Shown: positions 43,253 through 53,809 of the stretch, piece after piece | Numbering within the stretch: the stretch's first letter is position 1 | Layout of the letters: every line of letters starts with the position of its first letter | Assembly: GCA_965205865.1 (NCBI GenBank) | Contig: CBDBHR010000026.1 | Coordinates: 192,001-256,000, forward strand | DNA length: 64,000 bases | Direction: 5' to 3' | DNA from: a bacterium | GTDB taxonomy: Bacteria; SAR324; NAC60-12 | Made by a program: the position numbers and the translations under genes | The notes under the pieces: model-generated | What the model saw: only the letters and a program-made list of their open reading frames with translations | What the model was told of the DNA's origin: nothing | Databases searched by the model: none

Positions 43253-43416
43253 GCATACTCTATTTGATATGTGATTGCTTCGCAGAGTTTGTTTAATGCC
43301 TCTTCAAAAGTATTCCCGAATCCCATCAGATTCATGGATAATGCTTTTGCATTCCATTTCCCATCTTTTTTTATTCCCAAAATTTGTATTGTTACTTCAA
43401 GATCCGTAACCTTCAT
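43253..43416 (-). pseudogene. HicB-like small gene truncated by IS1380
   Basis: KDGKWNAKALSMNLMGFGNTFEEALNKLCEAI runs into the IS end. Confidence 0.45.
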
Positions 43417-43610
43417 TTCACCCCCCTGCAAGTTAAAATTCATATTATCATGGCAATGCAAAAATTAACGCAATTGTAAACTTTTTAATACTTTGATTAA
43501 GCCGCGATAGGTAAATCCGGTCTCCATCCTTTCAAACCTCTATTTATACATAATTCATTTTTCTAAAAAAGAAAATATTTAGGATAATTCAATTAAAAAC
43601 AAAGAAGGGC

Positions 43611-43684
43611 GTCCGGGTAGAGCCAGTGGTTACCCAGCCAGCCAGCCCCCCCCCCCGCAGATCCGTACGTGAACAATTCGCTCA
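43611..43684 (-). mobile_element. Group II intron DV/DVI remnant
   Basis: Reverse complement tgagcgaattgttcacgtacggatctgcggg...ggtaaccactggctctacccggac; homologous to 1463-1540. Confidence 0.7.
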
Positions 43685-43720
43685 AAGAGAAAAATCAAAT
43701 CAATGAGCAGCGAAAACATG

Positions 43721-43828
43721 GTCGTAATCCCTTCTCAAATCAGGTCAATTCACTCTCTGATAATGGTTTTTATAAAGCACATCGGATTTATGTGTCGTAA
43801 TCCCTTCTCAAATCAGGTCAATTCACTC
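43721..43828 (-). CRISPR. Orphan mini CRISPR array: two identical 35 bp repeats and one 38 bp spacer
   Basis: gtcgtaatcccttctcaaatcaggtcaattcactc at 43721-43755 and 43794-43828; reverse complement ends GAAGGGATTACGAC, resembling type III-associated repeats. Confidence 0.75.
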
Positions 43829-43854
43829 ACTCAAAGAATACAGACCAATATCTA

Positions 43855-45560
43855 CCTAAATTGAGCGATTCTAAAAAAGGATCAGATTTTCAAGATGATT
43901 TTTTTGCCTGAGAAAGGCAATCATTCTGAAATCAGATTTTGATCATCAAATCCATGGATGTTTGAGTGAGAATGAGCATCAATATGCTGTTTTCAGATGT
44001 GGAAAGTCTTCATTTCTCATGTTTTGGACGCACTCATCCCCTTAAACTTTAATGTTTTTGTTTTTTAATTGAAGCGAAACCCGTTGATCAGATTGGCGCC
44101 AATGCATGCTGGCAGGTGGCAAATAGTTGGTCCAATTGCAAGCGCTCAAAGGTCGTTTTGGGTATTTTCAAGATCAGTTTTCCGGCATGACGAAGCAGTT
44201 TGCCTGCCGTATCAAGAAACTGGCGCCGGAAGGTATCAGCATACATCGTTACCGCAATCACTGGCTTGCTGACATCTTCTTTGAAGGCTTCGAAGAGGTT
44301 ATTGCCAAGCAGCATCAGATAGTACCATGCGGTATTGGGAATGAAGTTCTTGAAGGGTAGTTGTTGATGACCAAAGTTTTTCAGCGCCCGGTTGGCCAGT
44401 TCATCCTTTCCCCGTCCGTGGTACGAGCCAAGGATGCTATGAGCATCGATGCGCTTTTCTTCAGCGGCTTGGCTGAGTTGGCCATCAATGGCCTCTCCCA
44501 TACCAAGGTTCGTAATGATCACGCCATCATGATCCAAACCCGGCAAAGAGAGTTGGCTATCGTGTTCAATCAAGCGGCTGTAGATCGTGCGACGAGCCTT
44601 CTTCCATGTCCCCTGCTGGCTCTTAAACTCGGTGTACTGCCAGCTCCTTCTTGCCCGATGAAGTGAAGGTCCGCCAGTCAGTGGCTTCTTCCGCAGCATT
44701 CCTCACATTGGCATAGGACTTTCCTCCGCTTCAGCTAACCGATGTTCAGTCGTTCACAGGTTTCAAAGATTTTTTCGTCAAAAAAAGCGGCGTCCATGCG
44801 CAGCATGATTGGTACATCATCTCGGTATTCGCGGCGAATCTTTTTCACGATATGAACCAGCATCTCCTGAACAGTTTTCCCGTGATTCGAATGTTTGCTA
44901 CCTCCGCGAAAAACGGCGTCAACCATATAACGACCCCAATTCATCTGCAGGGGATGAAATCCTTTGACCATCATCAAGTACCATCGAATCCAGACCCAAC
45001 ACAATCACCGTTGGACAAGTCTTCTTCAGTCTCCGGATAAACAGAATCTGCAGCAGATGACGAAACAGGTAGACTCGTACAAAAGAGAACTTTCCAAAAA
45101 ATCTTTTCACGGCATGCGAGGAGGCAAGGTCTTGCTCACTGTATGACAGCAACACGGCATAACCCTCATCCCTTTTGAGGTGATCGAACCAACTGAGATG
45201 ACGGCTGCTGCCGTCCATGAAAAAACAGAGTATCTGCGCAAAGAAATCAGAGACCGCAATACCTTTTTTATTTTTACGCATCGAACCAAACATCCTTTCG
45301 ATGATCGGCATCAGCCGAATACTTTACAGATACTGGGCAAACAAGGCCAATCCGGCACGACTTGTCAAGTGTTCATCGGTTGGTTGAATGGCATCAATTA
45401 CCTGTTTCTTTTTATCCTGAACTGCTATATCTTTTTCCATAAAGCTCTCTACCTGTTGGGTTGTGTTAGATTTTGTGAATGTTTTTATTTTAACCACTGA
45501 AATATAACACATTTTCCCCAAGGTTGGGAGCTTTTTTTATTACGAATCGCTCAACTTAGG
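43855..45560 (-). mobile_element. IS1380 family element with frameshifted transposase
   Basis: TIR cctaaattgagcgattc / gaatcgctcaacttagg; fragments LTSRAGLALF, LGLDSMV, RMDAAFFD, YHGRGKDELANR in different frames. Confidence 0.88.
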
Positions 45561-45623
45561 GATTCGTATTGCCATGATCAAAGTTCTCTTAGCGAAATAT
45601 ATTATTTAACAAAACAGGTTCTT

Positions 45624-46988
45624 ATGGAAGTTGAAATTATCATCTTTGTCTTTGTGGTATCCGCCGTCAGTGTAGTCGCTGCGTTTCTGTTCGCATTTCG
45701 ATCACGCAACGAGGTTAAGGGTCTCATCGCCGATAAAGCCAAACTCGGCACCGAACTTGGATCCGTGACCAAGCAACTCAAGGAGGCATCCGCCGAGGCT
45801 GAAACGGCACGACAGTTGGAGGTACGCAAAGCGTCGCTTGAACAAGAGATCAAGAATGTAAACAACCAATTAGACGGATTGAAGGCTGACAAGTATTCAT
45901 CCGATATAAAAGTCGACAAATTGCAGGCCGAGATCCGAAGTGTAGATGCTGAGAAGACCGGGTTGGAGCGCGATCTGAAGAACATCAAGGAGCAACTCGG
46001 TCAACGCGACGATCTTCAAAACATATTCAAAGACCAGTTCCAGTCACTGTCATCCGAAACACTCAAGAACCAGCATGATCAATTTATCCAGACTGCAAAA
46101 CTCACTCTCAAACCACTCGCTGAAAAAGTCGACAAGCTGGACACGGAGTGGACTAAGACGTCGGGGGCATTCAATCAGCAGATCACGATGCTGGCATCCG
46201 AAACGAAGACATTGTCGTCCGCACTGTCAAAGCCTCATTCGCAGGGGAAGTGGGGTGAGATGCAAGTTGAACGCGCTCTTCAACTTTCCGGTTTGGAACC
46301 AAGAATTCACTATGACACCCAGGAATCCGACAATCAGGGTGGCAGAACGGACTTCATAGTCCACTTGGCGCACAATCGGGACATCATCCTCGACTCCAAA
46401 GTTTCTTTGGTCGCGATTCTGGGTGCTGAACAGGCGGAAACCGAAGAGGACCGTGAACAATATCTGAATCAGCATGCCAAAAATGTCCAGATCCACATCG
46501 ATGGTTTGAGTAAGAAAGAGTATTGGAATAACTTACCCGATAGCGCCGACTTTGTCGCTATGGTCATGCCTGAATTCGCCCTACCGCCGGCAGTGATTCG
46601 CATACCGAACCTGCTTGATCGTGCGTTACAGAACAATGTAGTGGTAGTTACATACTCGATGCTGGTCGCACTGTTAAAATGCGTCGCAATGGGATGGCAG
46701 GAACGCAAAGTCGCTGATGAAGCGCGCAACATCAGCGTTCTTGGCAAAAATCTTCATGACCGTTTAGCTACTTTCGCTGAACACGTTGACGATATGGGAC
46801 ATGCGCTAGGCAAGGCAGTGGATAGTTACAACGCAGGGATTCGCTCGATGGAAACCCGACTTCTTCCTCAAGCCCGGAGGTTTAAAGAGTTAGGAGTGCC
46901 AACTGCGAAGGAATTGCCCGAGTTAGAACCAATAGACAAAGTACCGCAGGCGCTGAACTTCATTTCGCAAAACGGAAAAGAGAACTAA
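45624..46988 (+). CDS. rmuC: DNA recombination protein RmuC
   Basis: N-terminal TM and coiled coil; QGKWGEMQ, RTDFIVHL, ILDSKVSL, LSKKEYW. Confidence 0.88.
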   Translation: MEVEIIIFVFVVSAVSVVAAFLFAFRSRNEVKGLIADKAKLGTELGSVTKQLKEASAEAETARQLEVRKASLEQEIKNVNNQLDGLKADKYSSDIKVDKLQAEIRSVDAEKTGLERDLKNIKEQLGQRDDLQNIFKDQFQSLSSETLKNQHDQFIQTAKLTLKPLAEKVDKLDTEWTKTSGAFNQQITMLASETKTLSSALSKPHSQGKWGEMQVERALQLSGLEPRIHYDTQESDNQGGRTDFIVHLAHNRDIILDSKVSLVAILGAEQAETEEDREQYLNQHAKNVQIHIDGLSKKEYWNNLPDSADFVAMVMPEFALPPAVIRIPNLLDRALQNNVVVVTYSMLVALLKCVAMGWQERKVADEARNISVLGKNLHDRLATFAEHVDDMGHALGKAVDSYNAGIRSMETRLLPQARRFKELGVPTAKELPELEPIDKVPQALNFISQNGKEN

Positions 46989-47008
46989 TCCTAAAATGGG
47001 GTCAGGCT

Positions 47009-47711
47009 ATGCGCCAGGAAAGCTGGCAAGAAATAGAGAGTGAAAGTCTCTTACTCGGTAAGGCAGTAACGACCTGCCGAGTCCCCGAGTCATGAGTGGT
47101 TATTCGCAAGGATAGGCGCTAAGCGTTGACAGGGGAGAACATAGGCTCGGTATTGAACTCCGAAATCATAGTTTCAGGCGCTGACCTTGTAGTCTGGTGG
47201 GGAAGGCAATAACAACCGAAGGCGTTAGCGTGAGTCTCGGCTGAGCCTGGCGGAGTCAAAGACCCGGTGCATGTGTGGAAGTTTCTTGATCGGAACCTGG
47301 GAGATCCTGAGGATGACTGTCAACATTCCATTGGTAGTCGGATCGGGAAAATTAATAAATAACCCCGATATCTACGTCTTCAGGAAGTCGGACAAGTTCG
47401 TAGTAGCGATGAAGCGGCGAACAATGAGATCATTTGTAGAGAGTAACAATGCAAAGGAAATCAACGGAGCCTGTGGAGCAAAGGGACTTGGCTGAGAGGA
47501 ATTCTGCTTGCCCTCCTGTGTTCGGAACTCAGAGGCCGGTAAAATCAGAGAGCGGTTTAAGCAGGGTGCGCCAAACGGCGAATCCGAATCAACGTTTGAG
47601 CGTCTGACTCGAAGCAGGAGCCGGATGCGTTAGCAGCGCACGTCCGGATCTGTACCGGAGGAATGATGAAAGGTGACTGAAAGTCACTATAAATCAGTTC
47701 TTTACGGTGAC
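47009..47711 (+). mobile_element. ORF-less (internally deleted) full-length group II intron
   Basis: Same 5' RNA as the intron at 30128; IEP deleted near 47582; DV gagccggatgcgttagcagcgcacgtccggatc; ends ...ggtgac. Confidence 0.82.
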
Positions 47712-48178
47712 GTGCGCCAGGAAAGCTGGCAAGAAATAGAGAGTGAAAGTCTCTTACTCGGTAAGGCAGTAACGACCCGCCGAGTCCCCGAGTCATGAGT
47801 GGTTATTCGCAAGGATAGGCATAAAGATTTAGATGATTTAGAAAATTTACCCTAAGCGTTGACAGGGGAGAACATAGGCTCGGTATTGAGCTCCGAAATC
47901 ATAGTTTCAGGCGCTGACCTTGTAGTCTGGTGGGGAAGGCAATATCAACCGAAGGCGTTAGCGTGAGTCCCGGTCGAGCCTGGCGGAGTCAAAGACCCAG
48001 CGCATGTGTGGAAGTTTCTTGATCGGAAACTGGGAGATCCTGAGGATGACTGTCAACATTCCATTGGTAGTCGGATCGGGAAAATTAATAAATAACCCCG
48101 ATATCTACGTCTTCAGGAAGTCGGACAAGTTTGTAGTAGCGATGAAGCGGCGAACAATGAGATCATTTGTAGAGAGTA
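47712..48178 (+). mobile_element. Second copy of the same group II intron, 5' part only
   Basis: GTGCGCCAGG begins immediately after the previous intron end; ~30 bp AT-rich insertion near 47821. Confidence 0.85.
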
Positions 48179-48575
48179 ATCGGGATAGGAAGGGGGTTTT
48201 CTCCCCTCCCTCCCACAGCACCACTCATACGGGTCCGTAAGTGGCGCCTCGCCTACTATCAGGTAGAGGTATCTAAACGATACCAAGTGTCTACCGCGCC
48301 TTGGCGGGGTAATGAATCTTAATCCATAGATCACGCAAAGAAACCATTCCCTGTTTAGCAAGAAAGTCATCTGATAAGCCCCAGTTGGTTGCTTGCGTCC
48401 GAGAGAGTCGCCAGTATCCTTTTCGGCTGAGGCCAATACTAATGGACAGCTTTACATGAACTCCCAGCTTGATCAACTCTCGAATTTTCGTACGAGGTTT
48501 CCTCCATTGTTTGATGTAGGCCATACGAACCCGTCTTCGAAGCCATCCTTCCATCTCCACGATAGAATCGGGGTC
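48179..48575 (-). mobile_element. Group IIC-like intron 3' part (maturase C-terminus plus DV/DVI)
   Basis: GWLRRRVRM..KQWRKPRT...SRKGYWRLS; reverse complement ggacccgtatgagtggtgctgtgggagggagggg...cctatcccgat. Confidence 0.78.
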
Positions 48576-48611
48576 AGGCCTGTGACTTTGGGAATTTAAG
48601 TTCATATTTCC

Positions 48612-48662
48612 GTCGGGTAGGTCGGGAGTCTTACGACTCCTTTCCCCCCTGAGAACGGCTCG
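48612..48662 (-). mobile_element. Another group II intron 3' end remnant
   Basis: Reverse complement ccgttctcagggggaaaggagtcgtaagactcccgacctacccgac. Confidence 0.6.
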
Positions 48663-48789
48663 TCGGACGGGGATGAAGGGATTGCCATCACCCTGGGTCA
48701 GCCCGAACTTTCAGCCTCATTCACAAGGAAAGGGGGAGAGATGAGATAAGGGAGTTAGAGTCGGGGAATGATTAATTATCCGCAGCGTG

Positions 48790-49156
48790 CGCTCACGCTA
48801 ACGCCAACACGTTGCTCGGCCTGATTATTGAGACTCCGGAGGCACTCGAGCACTTGGAGGAGATTCTCATCCCCGGGATAGACCTGGTCTGGGTAGGCCA
48901 TACCGATCTCTCACACCTGCTGGGTATAGCCGGCCAGTTTGACCATCCCCAGATAACTGAAGCCAGAGACCACGTCCGTGCAATGTGCCAGAGGAAAGGT
49001 ATAGCGTTCTGTCAGTGGGCTATACCGCCCACTGCAAGCCAGGTCAAATCATTGTTGGAGAGTGGCATTCGTTGGATAGGGTACGGAATGGATTTATTGT
49101 TTCTGGAGCGTGAAGCGCGAAATGCGGTCGATGAGATCGCAGCTTGGCGCGGTTGA
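48790..49156 (+). pseudogene. HpcH/HpaI aldolase family, C-terminal fragment
   Basis: IIETPEALEHLEEI..PGIDLVWVGHTDLS..LG..GQFDHP. Confidence 0.75.
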
Positions 49157-49169
49157 TGAGGTGAGTGAG

Positions 49170-49458
49170 GGGGGCAAGCAAAGGTGGAATTCTTTCGCTA
49201 ACGAGGTCTATTGCCGTGTCTTATGCGGCACATAATATTCGTGCAAACACGATTTGCCCTGGAAGGATAGAAACCCCAATGACCGAGTGGATAAGAAGCG
49301 ACCCGGAACGGAAAGAGGCTTATATGAAGAATGTTCCTTTATACAGAATAGCGCAACCGGTTGAGGTGGCTCGTCTAGCCTTATATCTGGCATCGGATGA
49401 ATCACCCCACGTAACCGGTACCATCATCCCCATCGATGGGGGATTGTCTGCAGTGTAG
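49170..49458 (+). pseudogene. SDR oxidoreductase, C-terminal fragment
   Basis: ASKGGILSLTR, NIRANTICPG, LASDES, IDGG. Confidence 0.78.
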
Positions 49459-49543
49459 ATTAGGCTGGGACTGTTAGAGGTAAGAGCTGGAAAACCGCGG
49501 ACTTAATAATTAGGTCGTTTATTTCTGGATTCACTCAAGGGCA

Positions 49544-49659
49544 GAGACTACCCGTTGGTCTCCGGAATCAACCTGCTCTTCGCCACTGCGGTGGTGGGGA
49601 TCAATCTCATCATCGACCTGATTTATGCTTTCTTGGACCCCAGGGTTCGGTATAAATAG
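49544..49659 (+). pseudogene. Permease B 3' fragment
   Basis: RDYPLVSGINLLF...FLDPRVRYK, nearly identical to 61261-61377. Confidence 0.8.
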
Positions 49660-49762
49660 TCGCTGGCGCGACAAAGGTATTAGGTGTTAGGTTTCAGGTA
49701 TTAGCGCAAAGCTGACACCGAATACCTTATACCTAAAAGCCTTCATCCTAAATACCTAAATT

Positions 49763-50732
49763 ATGAGCGACACCATAGAGACACTATCCCCCATCCGTGA
49801 GCTCAAGAGACGTAAAGGGCTGGCTGATTTCTTTATCAGGCTGTGGAAGGAGAAGCCTCTTGGTACTGCCTGCGGGATTATCATCTTGATCTTGATTTTG
49901 GTGGCGATCTTTGCCGATGTGCTGGCGCCTTATCCCTATAAGGAAATGCACCTGATAGACAGGCTGCAGACCCCATCAGCCAAGTATCTGCTGGGGACCG
50001 ACCGGGGGGACGAGACTTACTCAGCCGCCTGATCTACGGGGCGCGTATCTCTGTACTTGTCGGCCTGGCCGCGACCACACTCAATTTGGTCATCGCTGTC
50101 CTCATCGGCGGCATTTCAGGATTCCTTGAGGGTAAAGTGGACCTGGCGGTCCAGCGCTTTGTCGATGCCTGGATCGCCTTTCCGGGACTGCTGTTGTTGT
50201 TGACCATCATGTCCGTCGTGGGACAGGGGTTGCTCCAGATCATCCTGGTGCTGGGGATCGCCGGTGGAGTCGAAGGCTCCCGCGTCGTGCGGGGTGCGGT
50301 GATCGCCATTAAAGAGAATGACTATTTTCTGGCAGCCCGGGCCGTGGGCACCTCGACAAGCCAAATCCTCAACCGTCATGTGCTGCCCAATATTATGGCA
50401 CCCGTCATCATTATCTTCTCCATTAACATCGGGGGGGGGTGATTATGACTTTGGCTTCTCTGGGCTTCCTCGGATACGGTCTGCCACCCAACATTCCTGA
50501 CTGGGGCGGCATGCTCAGCCGGGAAGGGCGCCGGTACATGGAGATTGCCCCCTGGCTGGCGCTCTGGCCCGGTCTTTGCTTGACGATTGCCGTCTACGCT
50601 CTCAACATGTTCGGCGACGCCATCAGAGACCTGCTCGATCCCCGGCTGCGGGGCGGACAAGGCAGTTACGGCACCACGGGGAAACGCAAACGCGGATTCC
50701 TCGCCCGACTGATCAACCCTTTCAGATGGTAA
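49763..50732 (+). pseudogene. ABC permease C with two frameshifts
   Basis: Paralog of 61705-62671; indel near 50005 and G9 versus G7 run at 50431. Confidence 0.85.
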
Positions 50733-50814
50733 GCGCACCAAAAATTGTAAAAATACTTGCTTAACTTTTTCCACAATGTTAAATCTTCATAGGTGTTCGG
50801 GATTTAAAAGGATA

Positions 50815-51048
50815 AGTAAAGAATCCACCTTCTTAGAAGGTGATTTTGATGGGCCCCTGGAAGGGGCGGCTCGTGATCGTACTCGTGAGCCGTGCTCGTG
50901 AACGAAATGGCATCCCAGAGAATCCTGGATTCCCTGCCGTCTCTTCTATTCGGAATCTCCATCTCAAGGGAATCGGGAACGTTTCTATCGAGCACGTGCA
51001 CGATTACGAACACGTGCACGTTTTTGGCAGAGCCGATTGTCTCTGACC
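50815..51048. repeat. Intergenic element with hexamer-rich inverted arms; copies at 53963-54206 and 62752-62938
   Basis: ctcgtgatcgtactcgtgagccgtgctcgtg ... gagcacgtgcacgattacgaacacgtgcacg. Confidence 0.75.
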
Positions 51049-51106
51049 ACAACTAGGCGTCCCCGCCCAAAGGACGTGGTTTCATCAGATAAAATGAAAG
51101 GAAAAT

Positions 51107-51985
51107 ATGAAGTATTACAAACTCATTTCAGCAAATGGCAGCTCCGGATTTGCCGTGGAACAAGAGGAAGGCCTCCTCTCAGACCTGACTTCGGTGGATG
51201 AAAATCTGTCAGGCCTGGAAGTCATTGCTCGTGCCGCATCCCTCTCCGGAGTCAGCATAGACAAGATTGCAGAACGGATCATCGAGTCCGGCCAGCCCCA
51301 AATCCTGAAAATGGAGGAGGTCTTGGATGAAAAAAGCGATCTGCGACTGGCTCGTCCCTTCGACCCTCCGGAAGTGTGGGGTGCCGGCGCGACCTATAAC
51401 AAAGACCTGAGCAAGGCCTCAGAAAGTTACGTCAAGATCTATCAGGCAGAGCGCCCGATGCTTTTCTTCAAGGCAACGCCACAACGATGTGTCGGCCCCT
51501 TTGAGTCCGTTGGAATACGGGAGGACAGCGCGATCAACATCCCGGAGCCTGAGCTCGCCTTTGTGCTCTACCAGGGGGAGATCATTGGCTACACCATCGC
51601 CAACGACATGAGCGCCGTGTCCCTCGAGGCAGAAAATACCTATTACCAGCCCCAGGCCAAAGTCTATAATCGTAGCTGCGCCATCGGGCCCTGCTTCGTG
51701 ACTGCGGAATCGATCCAAACCCCTGAGGATCTGGATTTACGCTGCTCTACAAGACGTGACAACGAAGCAGTGTGGCACGGCGAGAGCTCCACTTCCCATT
51801 TGGCCCGCAGCTGCGCCCAACTGGCCGACTGGATCCAACGGCACAATTCCATGCCCGACTTGACGACGGTGCTCACCGGATGTGATTGTCACCCACCGTC
51901 AGGATTCAGTCTTCAGGAAGGCGATGTGATCAGCATCACGATCGAGGGAATCGGGACGCTGGAAAACAACGTCATTGTCGTGTAG
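51107..51985 (+). CDS. Fumarylacetoacetate hydrolase family protein
   Basis: EVWGAGATY, RPMLFFKAT, PEPELA, GYTIANDMS, GIGTLEN. Confidence 0.9.
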   Translation: MKYYKLISANGSSGFAVEQEEGLLSDLTSVDENLSGLEVIARAASLSGVSIDKIAERIIESGQPQILKMEEVLDEKSDLRLARPFDPPEVWGAGATYNKDLSKASESYVKIYQAERPMLFFKATPQRCVGPFESVGIREDSAINIPEPELAFVLYQGEIIGYTIANDMSAVSLEAENTYYQPQAKVYNRSCAIGPCFVTAESIQTPEDLDLRCSTRRDNEAVWHGESSTSHLARSCAQLADWIQRHNSMPDLTTVLTGCDCHPPSGFSLQEGDVISITIEGIGTLENNVIVV

Positions 51986-52011
51986 ATGGGGGTTGTTTGA
52001 ACGGTTCACCT

Positions 52012-52275
52012 CTATTTTATCAGTTGATCGTATTCAGCATGCGTACCGATCCAAAACCAGATCAATCCTTCTTCCGTTTCCACTGCTACGGTTCGATACT
52101 TTCTACCAACCCTGGCGGACCAATACCTTCCTACTTTTTTGAGATGTAATGAAGGATGATGAGGATCTGAATTGAGAATTTTAATTTTTTTTCGGCGAGT
52201 TTCCGGATGGATGAGTGAAGTTGATAATAACGATCCCAAAAAGAAGGATTTGCAAAGTGCTTTAGATCTCCTTGC
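52012..52275 (-). pseudogene. RelE/HigB-like toxin, 5' region disrupted
   Basis: DPHHPSLHLKKVGRYWSARVG..YR...WFWIGTHAEYDQL. Confidence 0.7.
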
Positions 52276-52462
52276 ATTTTCCCGCCTTAAAATCAGCAAT
52301 AGCTTGATCAGCTAGTGAGTCCAGTTTTTCTGAGGCAACATCCTCTTCAAATTGTTGATCCCATACTTCTTGGTCGAATTTATCGAACCATTCTCTAAAA
52401 TTTATTAAATCTGCTTTGGATAATTGTGAAACCGCTTTTTCAATTTCCTGAACGCTCTGCAT
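52262..52462 (-). CDS. Putative antitoxin
   Basis: SVQEIEKAVSQLS...WDQQFEEDV...LDSLADQAIADF; upstream of the toxin. Confidence 0.7.
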   Translation of the reverse strand: MQSVQEIEKAVSQLSKADLINFREWFDKFDQEVWDQQFEEDVASEKLDSLADQAIADFKAGKCKEI

Positions 52463-52583
52463 ATTGTTCCTTACATTTGTCGATGAAGCATTTTTTCCTC
52501 AAGTAGGGGAAATCATACCATGATCGCCTCAAAGATAAAACATGTCTATTAGTGAACGAACTTCCAAAATCATTGCCTGAAGG

Positions 52584-52835
52584 GCGTATTCCGCTCACTT
52601 CGATCACTGATTCCGGCCACTTCGATCACCCCTTCGGAGCGAAGCGACGCTCTCTTTAAACAACTTTTAATTCATTGCATAGAATTGGTCAACTTGGATC
52701 TTTTTTTTCTGACCGACTCTCCTTTCAATTGAAGTTTATAGGCATTGCGCGCCACTCGGTCGAGGATGGCATCAGCCAGAGTGGGATCTCCGATGATCTG
52801 ATGCCATTTTTCCACAGGAAGTCGAGCGGTAATAG
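52584..52835 (-). mobile_element. IS21 family right end with IstB C-terminus
   Basis: [23 protein letters not shown]...LKGESVRK; terminal direct repeats attccg...cacttcgatcac twice. Confidence 0.8.
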
Positions 52836-53809
52836 ATGATTTGGCTCATGAGTTTTTTTGCAGAGCCCATGTACTCCCGCAAGCGTAGCAGTTTCAAGGA
52901 GGAGCGCAGCCGTTTTTCCAAAAGTTCCAGGCTTGTCCGGACCCGCAGGTGATACCCCTTGGCTATGAGGACGTATTTGAGATATTCCTTGCGCCTCTTT
53001 TCTTCACGGGCACGCTTTATTTGCTCAACTTTCGAAGTGGAGGGCCTGAGCTTTTGGATGAGACGATACTGCTTTTTGAACTGCCTGAGGTTGAACCGAT
53101 ATTGTCGCCAGCCCTCCAACTGGCAACTCCGTGAAAGCCGGGCGCATTCTTCAACCGTCTTGCGTACGGCGTCGAAGAGCAGGTTGACGTCGGTCGGATA
53201 ATGCGCATTGGTTTCAACCACAAAGGAGTCGCAGCGTGCACGTAGCGCCTTGCTTGAATCATGAAGTTCAATCTTCTTCTCCGTGCGAATTCGGGTTGGC
53301 CCATCTTTTGGGGCGTTTTTTTTTACCAGCCCATGTCCGGCTTTGACAACCAACTGGTTGATCTCATCGAGAATCTCAGGTGTGAAAAGACGCAGGTTAT
53401 CCTTGATCGTCTGCCGGTTGTACGTCATTTTGTCCTCCCACCCACCATGTCCGAGCATCTGCCGGATGGTGTCGTGATGGTTAGCCAACTCATGGATGCG
53501 GTCGTAATCGCTGTTGAAACCCGGGCGCAGTACGCCAAGCACCAGAATCTTCCACTGCTCCATCCCGGGGACGCCCAAGACGGGGTCCGCTTTGCGATGC
53601 CTGTCTTCGTTGCTCAGGCCCGGACCGCTTCGCGAGGGGATGACCCGTTCCGGAACCTTGAATACCGATGCGCGTAATGCTGGCGTGGCGTATATGTATT
53701 GCAAACCGCGAAGGATAGGGGGGATGTCATCACGGGATTTTAGATCCAACTCGATGGCGGCAACGTCGACTTCGCCGAACTTTATCTGGGGGTCACGTAT
53801 GGTGCGCAT
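52836..53809 (-). pseudogene. ISNCY-type transposase, 3'-truncated
   Basis: KSRDDIP..LRGLQ, WKILVLGVLR, RCDSFVVETNAHYPTD. Confidence 0.75.

Noticed and set aside
47271-47495. Repeated small ORF MCGSFLIG... (also 29642-29866 and 48004-48240)
   Set aside because: Lies within repeated intron RNA domains; conservation reflects intron copies, not a protein
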